Below the pieces are notes generated by a model that worked only from the letters and a program-made list of their open reading frames with translations, searched no databases and had not been told where the DNA came from. A stretch of 64,000 nt of DNA from Fimbriosthenelais zetlandica (lineage: Eukaryota): the NCBI GenBank assembly GCA_977030845.1, contig OZ365118.1, forward strand, positions 1,798,001 through 1,862,000, in the 5' to 3' direction. The first letter of the stretch is position 1. Every line of letters begins with the position of its first letter. The position numbers and the translations under genes were made by a program. Below are positions 39,665-51,234 of the stretch, one piece after another.

Positions 39665-41111
39665 TAGTCGTGTGTACACACATTGTGCTGCATTAGTTAG
39701 CTAAGCTTGATGCCTGCTTCTATGTTTTATTGGGCCTGTCTTTATTGTCTTCTATGTATTCTCTAGGTCCTGACTTCCTCTTTCTGGCATTAACTACAGG
39801 AAGTCGTATATGTGAGGGTTACAAAGCCTCGACCACCCCCCACCACCTTCTCCCCCTGTCTCCACCCTCAGCAGTTCGCCTTTCATTCCCCTGACCGTTT
39901 AGCTGACAATTTCCTCGTGATTGCTGTTGCCAAACGTTCAATAAAACTCGCCATCTTTTTTCTTTTGATGTGTCTGTGGACTTGCTTTGCCGGCATAATG
40001 TACTCAATCCGCGCTACAACCTTTGAAGTCAGATTTCTGTCTTCGTTTATAGATCTTGAGCAGGACAAGAACCTGAAAGGCAAATGAAATGTAATACTGT
40101 CTACAGTGGTTGAGGCAGTGAGATATGTGGCTGCTGGCTTGTCAGGTACTGGAGAAGACTGGAGGAATTCCTCCATGGTCCCCCCTGTCCTTGTATTGTG
40201 CCTCCTTCTCTTCATGCTCTCGCCTTCTAAGACAGCCACACTCACAGTGACAAACCTGTCCCCCATTCCGGGATGGCAGCAAATAAAGCCTGAAATTTCA
40301 GCTCACTGTACAAATGTGGCCGAGTCAACATAATGTTGTCTTGATGGAGGCTTGATGGTGGAGGTGTAGGGTGAGAGTGAATAATCACTGAGTGGGCCAT
40401 GTTAAAGGCCATGTCACTGCTGTAAAGTTAGACCCCTTCACCATCAGTCACAGTCAAGCCCTGCCTTTTATAATTGCTGCATATAAAGCTACAACAGTAT
40501 CAAGTCCTTTCGATTGTCCAGTTTTGGGGGATGAATTAGGTAGGTTTTTCACCAGGGCCCTTCTAGTAATGTTCGTAAGTTATAAGAAGTCTTGCCTCCA
40601 GTTTTACCTCCGAGTATTTTCCCATGAATCTATGTGTTGCTATGTGTCACCATGGGTGTCACCATAGTAAGGTAGTGGTTTTAATTGCAGGTGAGACTAA
40701 CTGTTTGCTAATTGACATCGTGGGTTACAGCAGCATAAAGGTAGTATAAACCACGGAGACTGTCACCCCCTCTATCAGACAAATCCTTCAGTGTTCGCAT
40801 CTTTAGTTTAGTTTGTTTTTCGTATCGAGTCCACAGCCTCCTGTCAAGTCGTCTGTGTTCCCTGCCTTTACTAACGCCATCAGTGTCGTCTCCACTATCT
40901 AACCATAGCCCTGCATATAATACTTCATTTGGTTAGAACACGGTCTTTGTTTGTCAGAGCAATCAAAACACTAAATGTGTTTCATGTATTTACTCGCACT
41001 CTGTGTATTCGTCTTCCGTCCATCATATATGATAGCTTTGTATATATATATTAGCTGGCTTAGTATGACAGTCCAATAGGAGCAGTACCCATTAGCTCAC
41101 CCTTTGAAATT

Positions 41112-41220
41112 TGGGATAGTTGGGATTGTCTGTCATTGGGTTCAGTGGGATGATAGTTGGGATTGTCTTTCATTGGGTTCAGTGGGATGATAGTTGGGAT
41201 TGTCTTTCATTGGGTTCAGA
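41112..41220. repeat. ~37-bp minisatellite, 3 copies
   Basis: tgggatgatagttgggattgtctttcattgggttcag units. Confidence 0.85.
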
Positions 41221-42976
41221 TGATGGGCATTTATTAGGTCACATTAAACCAAGGTGTCAATTCATGGGAATAACAAGTCCTAAGGATGTTAAAGTATCAG
41301 ATAGGTAAGATGCTTATATAGGATGTCAAAGCAGGTGTTAGTTTGCCACAGCTGACATGGCCTGAGTTTTTATAACACAGAGCGCCACACTCCCCCACAA
41401 TACGAGCATGTGGTCCTCATCCTACATTACGTATTAAGTTGCTAGAGTTGACAAGAAAGGGAAAAAGACCCCGTGGATTAAAAACATTAAATGATCGTGT
41501 TTCCAGTGTTAAAATAAGAAGCTCCGGTTGTGAATGAAATGGTAAGACGTGGGAATAAAGGTACCAGCTTACAGCTGATGGCCACTTCCTTAATATTAGT
41601 CACAATCAACATCATGTGGCTTTACAGCAGCAGTGTCTGGAGAAGGATTACTGCTGGATTTAAATGGGATGTAAACATGTAAACATGTAGGCTTGTACTG
41701 AATCCCTGTAGCTTTGCATGGATGCTTGTTTTAGCTAATTTGGCACGTTTTTTATTGTACCCTTAATGCTGGCTAACTTGTAGCATCGACTTGCAGCAAG
41801 GAAATATACATGTTCTTTGTATGCATGATTCCTCAATCATTGAAGGCTGTATGACTAATTAACATTTGTATGAAACTGTCTACAATAGCCTGGAAACTAC
41901 CCCTACATGTGGCATGAATCCCTATGTCACTCAGAGTACCATGTCTGCACGTTTTATCCCCTTATAAAGAAACACCCAGAATTATAATTAATTTTCAATA
42001 TGTTAGCCTTTATTTCAGTTTGTATTATATTATGTTGACCATCTAAGTTTAGTTTTAAGTTGTACAGATCTGATGTTTGGATTTTGAGTTTTGATATGAC
42101 CTTTGTTTATTTGCTAGGTTGGTTTTTCTGGGCGCTATGGCCGCCCGCCCATGGCCATTGTATGTGACACTTGTAGAGTGGTGAGCCAAATTTGACTATT
42201 TTTGCTCTAGTGCTTTAATTTTGAATCATTTAGTTCTGCGCCACAATATATATAACAAGATACAATTATTAAGAGTAACAAAACAGCCAAGTTATCATAT
42301 ACTTTAAGAAAGCCAGGTAATATCGCCCATTTTGCTATACTTCTTACAGCCTCCTCAGCCTATAGATTCTCTCCTGGTTGCCAGTGTTAGAGATTTGCTC
42401 ATATCTTTACTTTATATTTTCATTATTTTCTACCAAGTTGAATAATAACAGCTCATCAGTATTAGTATATACAGAAGTCATTAAATTGCCTCACAGAAAT
42501 ATTAACTTGATTACATTAACATACAAGTGTTCGACATACTATGCCAAATGATATCAGCCAAGCCCGACTTAACAGTAGACGAACATATTGATATTCTCTC
42601 TTAAGGAAGGTAGAATGTCTGGCTATGTAATTCAGCATAGGACTTTAGTCCAGCTTAATTCATCATAGATCAGGCCTGGTTTAATTTGGCATAGATTTGG
42701 TCGTCAGATCAAGGGTGATGTCGAACACTGTATCATATGAGTTTGTGCTTCTTGCTCATATGATACAAGAGCAGCTCATAATATAAAACAGTGATGGAAG
42801 GAGCAGATCATCTGTGAGATGGGAATAAGCAGGAGTAGGAGGGAGGAGCGGAGCAGTGGCGCCCCCTACATGATGCCCGACCCCCTACCCCCCCCCCCCC
42901 CTACATTATCCCCCCCCCCATACATAAACCCACCACTGGGCTGTCTCAATGAATGACCACATTGCTTGCTTTCCAG

Positions 42977-43300
42977 GCTTGTCCATTGAAGAGTAAGTCC
43001 TACTATTCCGCTGAGGAGGCAGAAGCTGATCACCTCAGTGATGAGGAGGGAGGAGGAGGAGGAGGAGGCGGTGGGGGAGGACTGGGTCCGCGCGGGGTCG
43101 GACGCCCTCATGGAGATGGTACTAGTAATAATGGTGGTGCATTCTGGACGCGCGGACACCGCCACCACAGCGGCGGCGGCGCCACCGTCGACACTGGTTC
43201 CACCTCGTCCCCACTAGGTGGCAGTGGTCGAGTGATGACGGATAACGCCACCAGGGGCACGAGTAACTCGTTCCCTCCGCTGACACGAGCTGAGTTAGAG
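42977..43300 (+). CDS. Pcdh: Protocadherin cytoplasmic exon 2 (ACPLKSKSYY...RAELE); alternative in-frame donor after 43324
   Basis: The acceptor ttgctttccag| is phase 0, matching the exon 1 donor. The frame is open and Gly/Glu-rich. Donors GAG|GTGAGC (43300) and CAG|GTAACG (43324) are both phase 0, matching exon 3. Confidence 0.7.
43211..43223 (+). promoter_or_regulatory. Exonic CTCF-consensus motif CCACTAGGTGGCA
   Basis: Exact consensus match inside protocadherin exon 2. Confidence 0.4.
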
Positions 43301-46300
43301 GTGAGCACGACAGCTCATGGCCAGGTAACGTCCTCCATGAACAAAATCATTCACCATCATTACTTACAGCTTCATTACAGTGCTTCATTACAGCTTCAAT
43401 CATTACAGCTTCAATCATTACAGCTTCATTCAGGCCATTCTCCACATTCACGATTTACAGCCCGATTTGGGTCAGATACAGATCTGAACTTGATTTTTTA
43501 GAGCTACTTAAAAATCAGACCAACATATGCATGGGGACCTTTATCAAGCTAGTTCATTATCAGGCCACCTCCCAATGTTTGTGCTTAGATTGGGCAGATA
43601 CAAATCGGGAATGTGGAGATGGCCCTTTAATATGGCTCCTTCACTTGGTCGCAAGCATGAAGAGTGTAGACGAGCTACCCCTTTATTAGACAATGCTGTC
43701 AGTGATTGTCTTTTGCTGCTATCTGAGCTGGCCTTTCAGGTTTCATATGCTTTTATCGCCAAACTGTTTCCCCCTTGTATTCACATATATAATGCTGGCC
43801 TAGTAGTCATATACTGCCTGCTATGATGGCCTTTTTTGTTACTAAGTTGTGTGTTAATTCTTTGGGGAAGTCCGTAAGGAAGTGATGTGGAGAGGTAATG
43901 GCTAAATCCCATTCAGACCCTCCCACTATGTCCCTGTTAAAGACCAGGTTAGCTGATGTTAGACTTACAGACCAGTATTAGATGAGACAGTGAGGTTTAT
44001 CATTGACACAGGCACATTGATATCAGTCCTGTATGTAAGGCAGCTTTAATACGCCTGGAGGGCGAGCCACGCCTCCATTACACAAGTAATCGATGGATAT
44101 AATGTCCCATGGGCAAACTTGGTTTCCTTCCACTTTGATTGATTGGAATATATATGTGGGAAGTGGCCCTTTGAGTTTGCTTTATAACTTCTTTTTTTTT
44201 GTTATTTTTTTTTACCTAATTGTAGTCTGCAGGAGGTAGTAGAGGAAGACGTGGGGATGTGTAAGATGGAGGTGGGGGAGGGGGAGGTGAGGTGAGGTGG
44301 GGGGGGGGAGGTGGGGGGGGGGGGGGGGAGGGTGATCTGAGTGTATATAGGGGAGCAGGAGTAGATCTAATATAGACCTGATGCTCCTCACATCACACCA
44401 ACTCAAACAATTACCATAATCACATCAATCTCACATATCCTCTCTGTCGACCTTCTGTCTGTCTGTCTGTCTGTCTGTCTGTCCCTCATCACCCTTCCAC
44501 AAATCTCTCTCCTTTCTCACTCCCCATCCTCTTCATCTGCCCCTTTCCCTTTCCTCCATTCCCTGTTTCTCCTCTCTCTTCCCACTTTTCTCCCATCTAC
44601 TATACCCACTATGCAGCATCAGACGCTGAGCCACACAAAGTAATGACGTAGACATCAAGAATCAATGACGTTAATCACGAACACTATGACGTAATCTAGA
44701 ATGTAATAAACGCCTATGTTTTAGTGAAGGCCGCTCGATATTGCAAGACTTATTTGTTTTTTTACTCATTAGATGAGTCTTCAAAACTCATAAACTACAA
44801 AAAGTCATATTATGAGACATAAAATGTGGCCCTCATGGTCGGCCATGGCTACCTGACCTTTGTTTTTCCGCCGCCATTGATTTAAAGTTTGGTTTTCTTG
44901 GTGATACGTACACTGAGACACCTGGCGGTGTTTTAGTGAATCACTTTAAGGATTTAACCGCTTTCTTTAATGTCTGTCTGCAGCGGTGGTGAAAGCCTCA
45001 CAACTTTCACGTTCATTTTAAGAGCAGAGTGAGAGATGAAGCTCTTATAATGAAAGCCTGGCTCACAGATGAACCTAGCTGGAGTGCTACATCTGTAAAT
45101 TTAAAATTAACTTGATCACTCCACTCATTCATCCCACATATCAGACATGCCAGGGTTTATCCCCAAAATCCCCGAGGAATCACATCCTCTGATATAGTCA
45201 CGATCATGGGGGTGGATTGTAAGGACCAGATCCAGTACAGTCACTATGATCTGTTAGATCAGATCTACACATGATCAGAGTCAGGTGTGCTAGTTTAGGA
45301 CACATGTAGGGCTTTAATAATTTAGTAAATATGACCCTACTAAAGTCTTTGATCCAACTATTTAGTTGGGCGGGGGTCCAGTGTAGGACAATTAGCTTTG
45401 GAGGTGGGATAGGGGAGGGGGCCCCAACTCATGAGACCCATACACATGTAACAAGAGTGACAGGGTAACCCCCCCCCCCCCCACCCCCCACAATGAACCT
45501 GATGCCCTGGGCATTTGCCAAGCTTAAAAAGAAGCAGCAATTTCCAAAGCACCTTGCCCACTGAGTCCAATTCAATATGGCTATGTTTTGGGCTGGCAGT
45601 TCCCTGTAATGTGGTGCTATATCACACGAGGCTGAGCTGCTCTCATGATTTACACGAGCAGCTCCCCCTGCCGGCCTCGCTGCTTCCAACACCGCCTGCT
45701 AACACTGACAAGACCTGATGCACAGCGGGAAAGTGCTAGAAATATTTTATAATAGAAAGAAACTTTTGTAGAGAAGAAACAAATCGATTCTGTGTATACC
45801 ATAGTCACGAAAGAGCACGGGTTCTTGTATATTGCCTTTACTTCCCACGTTTCTTTTATTCTGCGTTACTTTAAGCTGCTACTCCACTGCTGGCCTTTAG
45901 TCGCCCAGTATTAGACTTTACTTTTTATTGCCTTCCCACGCATTTATGTTTTTACATTTGTTATGAATTATCACTCTCTGCTTCTGGGCAGGAAGAAATA
46001 TAGCTAGATGTGAACTGGAATTGTTTTGCAAACATTCATTTGAAGTTGGTATAGCGGCCCCCAACCTTCCTCTCGATTCAATTTAGATTGTGGTTATTCT
46101 ATTAAGGCCCGCCATCCTCAATATAGAATATATAGCTGAGGTTAAACCTCAACATAACTTTCACCCTTAAAGGGAAAAACTTCACTTCTATAAACATCCT
46201 GAAAATATTAAGCCTAAACATGTCCTGAAAGTATATATCCTAATTAATCCAAATTCTGTGGACAAAATTTGCTCCTTTATCTGCCTAATATATACAAATA

Positions 46301-46520
46301 TGTGCATTAAGATCCGTGATTAGAATATTGTCGATATAAAAGAAGTGTTAGCAGTGATTTTGTAAAAACTGTAGAGTATGTAAGTACTTTATGAAGGTAC
46401 ATCTAGTCATGTTGTATCTTGTTGACATGTCTTTACATGCACTCAATCTATGGATCATTATTGACACGATAAAAATGATGAACAGGTGGCTCACACCCAT
46501 GGTCCTTAATTACATGTAGT

Positions 46521-46742
46521 CTCCCTTCTCATTCTCTTCCCTCATTCCCTTCTATTCCCTTATTCCTTTTTCTTCCCTCATTCCCTTCACTCCTTTCCCT
46601 TCCCTCCTTATCCTCCTCCCTTCCCTCCCCATCCTCCTCCCTTCCCTCCCCATCCTCCTCCCTTCCCTCCCCATCACCCCCTCCTTCCTCAACCTCCCCA
46701 TCACCCCCCCCCCCACCCCCCTCCTCAACCTCCCCCCGCATC
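46521..46742. repeat. Polypyrimidine/polypurine low-complexity tract
   Basis: About 220 bp that is almost entirely C/T on the + strand, with repeated ccccatcctcctcccttccct units. Confidence 0.85.
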
Positions 46743-48085
46743 ACCCATGCCCACATGAATGTGTTAAAACATCAATAATATTCCAATTAAAGCTTTGTAG
46801 TTAACTGGGCCAGCGGGGTTTGATTACAGCCTCAATCAATGTAATTATTGGCTGGTTTGTTTGATCTATAATCAATAATAGCGTCAGTATAATGTAAGAT
46901 TGATCATAGATTGATCTCTCTACCTTACTCCCCCTTGCTCTAGTTCGCCGTGGCTTATTCTCAGGTATCTCAGTTTTTGTGTAAAGGCTCGATCCACTGT
47001 GCACCTAGGCGAGCCAGGAGCAGAATATAATCAACTTCAGAACAATCTGTACTTCATTTTGCATTTTGAGCAAAGTACATAAAGTATTCAAATCTCTGTA
47101 CAGACATCTTGTGATTTAGGCCCATGTAAAATCATCAGATTTTTTCTATCGGTCTCCGGCTGCCAGCAAACCGACACAGTGGATCCGGCCCGTGTATAGG
47201 GCACTTTATTGGTCCCTTTGTCGGACCGCTTCTGCAACAAATAGCAGTTTTTTTAAACTGTTTTGCCTTTAACCTATCCATCAATCGCTTGGCTCGTTCT
47301 CCATTAGAGCGCTTGCCCAGGGTTGACTTATTCCTATCTTGGAGTGATTTACTTTGCCCTCTTCAAGGCTTGCCACTCTTCTATCCAATACATTACCAGA
47401 TAATCTCCTATGATTTAAGGCAGTAATTTTGCTAGGAGCCCTAAATGCCATAAATACCGACCCCTCGTAGACCAATCACCCTCACTTGCTTACATAACTG
47501 CCTGGGTAGAATAGACTCAATGAGAACAAGCTCTTTATGTATTGATCTTATTTTGCAAGTTGGGAAATAGAAGCAGTACAATGCATGGTGGGGGTAGACG
47601 CACCGATTACCAAACAATATTTGTACAGATGATAAATTGATGACTGAGCGAAATCGGGTTAGCCTGGCAGTTATTAATGGGTCTGCCTTTTGATTTTTAA
47701 TTTTGTAGCTTCATTTGGCATGCATGAATAGTAGCCATGTATCATAAATGAGGACCTGTTTTATAATAGATCTGCGCTACTTTAGCTCAGCAACATGTCT
47801 ATAAGCACAGCTTTCTTTCAAACATTGTCTCTTAACTTTTTAAAGCAATCTGCCTGGTATACTGGCTGCAGATATTGAGCCATAATAACTGTAATTTTTA
47901 CAATAATATTAAAATTGTTGGTACTTAATATAACTTAACTTACAAATATATATAATAAAGTTAGAATAAAAGCCTATCAGTGATACGGGTACTCCCCTTA
48001 AAAGGCAGAAATCTTGAACATAGATGTCGTATTGGTTTGTGTGCAGAAATATAGCTCTTTTGTATGTCAATTTTTTGTGATAGTA

Positions 48086-48313
48086 TATTTTTGATGGGGA
48101 TTATATGTAATATTTTTGATGGAGATTACATGTGACATTTTTTATGGAGATTACATGTGTTATTTTTGATGGACATTATATGTGATATTTTTGATGGAGA
48201 TTGTAATATATTTGACTGGGATTACATGTGATATTTTTTTTGGACATTACATGTGTTATTTTTGATGGAGATTACATGATATCTTTTTGATTGAGATTAC
48301 ATGATATCTTTTT
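48086..48313. repeat. Degenerate ~24-bp tandem repeat running into the exon 3 acceptor
   Basis: tttttgatggagattacatgtgata-like units, about 9 copies. Confidence 0.85.
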
Positions 48314-48323
48314 GTTGTTACAG

Positions 48324-48468
48324 ATGCATGAGATGTTACAGCTGTTACACCAAGACGTAGATTCAGAAACTGGATCGTACACGGATAGTGGGCGCGGGCC
48401 TAGTGAGGAGGGGGATAACAACGCCCATGGCAATACATTAGAAACACACCTAGGTGCCGAAACAAAAA
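48324..48468 (+). CDS. Pcdh: Protocadherin cytoplasmic exon 3 (MHEMLQLLHQDVDSETGSYTDSGRGPSEEGD...)
   Basis: The acceptor ttttgttgttacag| is phase 0 and the donor AAA|GTAAGT is phase 1. The exon encodes DSGRGxSE, which resembles the DSG[RHK]GDS motif of delta-protocadherin tails. Confidence 0.85.
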
Positions 48469-49997
48469 GTAAGTTTTAAATATCTCCAAAACCTATTACT
48501 TTACCCTGAAAACAGCCAGGCTGCACTCGCCTTATTTGTGTGTGCCTTTCTCTGCTTCCCGCGTCTGGAATTCATTCAGACTCGTGCTTCATTTGTCCTG
48601 ATTCTGAATTAGTTTTCGGTTTATTTCCTTGTGAAAATTCTTTGACAAAAAGTTTGGCATTAATTTCCACGAGGACCTGGTAATTCATGCATCAGCACAG
48701 CGGTGTAAATATTGCTCATAATGTACCGTGTCGCCTTGGCCACCTTGTTTTCATGTAATAAGATTCAAAATTGGACTGAGCTGAAAACAATGGATGTTTA
48801 TGTAGCCAGCATGGTCAAATCCCGGCTAATATTACCATCAATAACATTGATATTCCGTCTCATATTCCTCCAAAATTGCTTTCCGCCATTTTGTGAAACC
48901 CTGGCTGTATTTTTGACACAAGTAATGAACCATTATTATGGCCACTTTTCATAATAAAGAAAAGTTTTCTTTATATTTAATATTCTAATGATTTTAATTA
49001 TGATTTGTAAATCACATTTTTGAAGTTTGAAGGCTTTAAATCACATTACAGTTTTTAATGTATTGTTTGCACGTGGTTTTTACAGAAGTAATCAAAAAGA
49101 GTGCTTGATTGGTTGCACTGTATCCAAGGAAACCAAAGTTTTATACTAGTAAGTTGTGGGTCTCTCGCCTCGTGCCTGCCTCTACTTCTCACCACCGCCA
49201 GCTTGTAGCTAGATCCTAGACTGACTTATTTCATTATTTTTGCCCCCTTTAAGCGCTTCTATCCCCCATCTAACTATGTACGGTACTGAATTATGATGTG
49301 GTCTTGCTCTTCTATTTCTGGGGTTCTGTTTATTATAAATGTATACAGATTCTCTGTTTCTGTTCAAAGATGAAGTGAGAAACTTGGTGCATAAAGCTTG
49401 CCTGGCCTGTCTAAATCATTATGTGAATGCATTATGACTACTATGGATCCATTTGTAGCTATCTGTTTATACATTCAGGTTTTTTTTCGGCCATTTTCTC
49501 TCTCAGTATTTGTCTCTATGCATTGATCCTTGTTGCACTTGGCATGAAATGTTCAGGTGAACAAAATGATGAATACCAGGTACAGAGGCGGCCTCTGGTG
49601 GGTGGATGGGGTACTAACAGGGACGGCCACCTAGTGTTACAGTGAATCACTAGGTGGGGTAACTAGGTGGGGTGCTGGGGCATTGAGGGCTTTACTATTA
49701 ACTGGGTTCAGGACTTGTTGAGGCAATAAAAGGCATTGTCTCAGTACTACACTATCAATGGGTCTGCTTGGTTATTAACAATTCTCACCAACTTAACTTA
49801 TACTATGTGGTTCATAAAACCTTAGAGTCTGGTTTTATGTTCAGATATTAAGATGTTAAAGGATTAAGGTATGAGATGAAATGGATAATATAATGTCATT
49901 GACACTGAATGATAATTATGCCAATCATTGCTTTATAATACCATTTTTGACTACATGAATTGCGTCTTTTTCTATAATGTAACATCTTCTCTTACAG

Positions 49998-50905
49998 CCA
50001 CTTCATTACCAAGTCCTGGTGACGGAGAGAGTCGAGACCCGGGACCATGGCAACCCATGTTACGTCAACCACCTGGTAACCGTAACCATGGGAACGGTAG
50101 CATGAAGTCGTTCATGCCAGCAGGGACGGGGTCCTTACGGCAGCCCAGGTTTACAAGCAGGGTCCATAACTATGATCCCTCCTCCCTAACCATGCCTGCT
50201 GGGCTGGGCCGCGGTCCGGCCTCTCACAGACAGTCTCCATGCTCCACCTTCCACAGGAACTCTACCTCAACCCTTCCTGCAGGTTCATCCTGTAATGGCC
50301 CAGGTTCATCCTGTAACGGCCCAGGCTCGTCCTGTAACGGCCCAGGCTCATCCTGTAACGGCCCAGGCTCATCCTGTAACGGCCCAGGCATGGTGAGCGA
50401 CCCATGTCATCAACCACTCGTGGCTGTGTCCTCGTCATCCATGACGATGACCCCGCCACAAGACCCCTCGTCAATATCCTGCACCACCAACCTGAACAAT
50501 CAACAACACAACTCATCATTTCATAAACATTTGCCTTCTACTGATAGCCGAGACAGTTGTTATAGTAGCAGCAACCAGAGTGACACAGACAATTACCATG
50601 GTAACGTGAACGGTAGTCATGACAATATACACGGCACCACGAGGCTGGCCTTGGCTCCTAAAGTCCCCAGCTGGCGGCTCAGTAAGTCAGGAGCCAACAA
50701 GGACAATTATAACGACGGTAGCACAGGCCCGGGGACAGTGTGTGATAAGATCAGAGGTCCACTGGACGAAGACATGAAAAAACCGACGGAAAACCCGCCT
50801 GATGTGACAAACAACACAACTAATAACAAAACAGGGAAATATGTGGACGTGGAGGAGAAGGAGATACGAACACACAGTACTAAGGTGACTGACATCCTGG
50901 TCTGA
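49998..50905 (+). CDS. Pcdh: Protocadherin terminal coding exon (Ser/Thr/Asn-rich tail ending TDILV*)
   Basis: The acceptor tcttctcttacag| is phase 1, matching the exon 3 donor. A 908-nt open frame runs to TGA. It contains five GSSCNGP repeats. Confidence 0.8.
50282..50386 (+). repeat. Coding 21-bp repeat (GSSCNGP x5) in the protocadherin tail
   Basis: gg(t/c)tc(a/g)tcctgtaa(t/c)ggccca units. Confidence 0.9.
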
Positions 50906-51220
50906 CGGCTTCAGGTGACACCTACAACCTGTACAACCAGGGCGATGTACAACCATGACTTAACCCATGGTTGTACAACTCCCTGATAACCTACATGTCA
51001 CACACTGTGTAGAGGAGGCCTGTAGAAACAAGCCAGCTACATATTAGATCTTAACTCCTATCATACCCTCATATCTAGCAGTTAAGAAAGTGTAATTACA
51101 GAGAAATATCTCTACATTTCTCCAGGAGATATTTGGTGAGATAATAGGTTACTATGGCTACTGAGGATTACCATGGCAATAAGCTGAGAATGTTTGTGTC
51201 ACACATTGTTATATAGAGCT

Positions 51221-51234
51221 GTTACCATGGCAAC
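51221..51234. promoter_or_regulatory. RFX X-box GTTACCATGGCAAC
   Basis: Exact match to GTNRCC-N0-3-RGYAAC. Near matches lie at 51148-51161 and 51167-51180. Confidence 0.4.

Noticed and set aside
47005-47480. Possible LINE/RT fragment in intron 2
   Set aside because: No reverse-transcriptase or endonuclease motif is recognisable in any frame.
48507-48915. MITE bounded by ACAGCCAGG / CCTGGCTGT
   Set aside because: The inverted repeat is only about 9-10 bp and no TSD was found.
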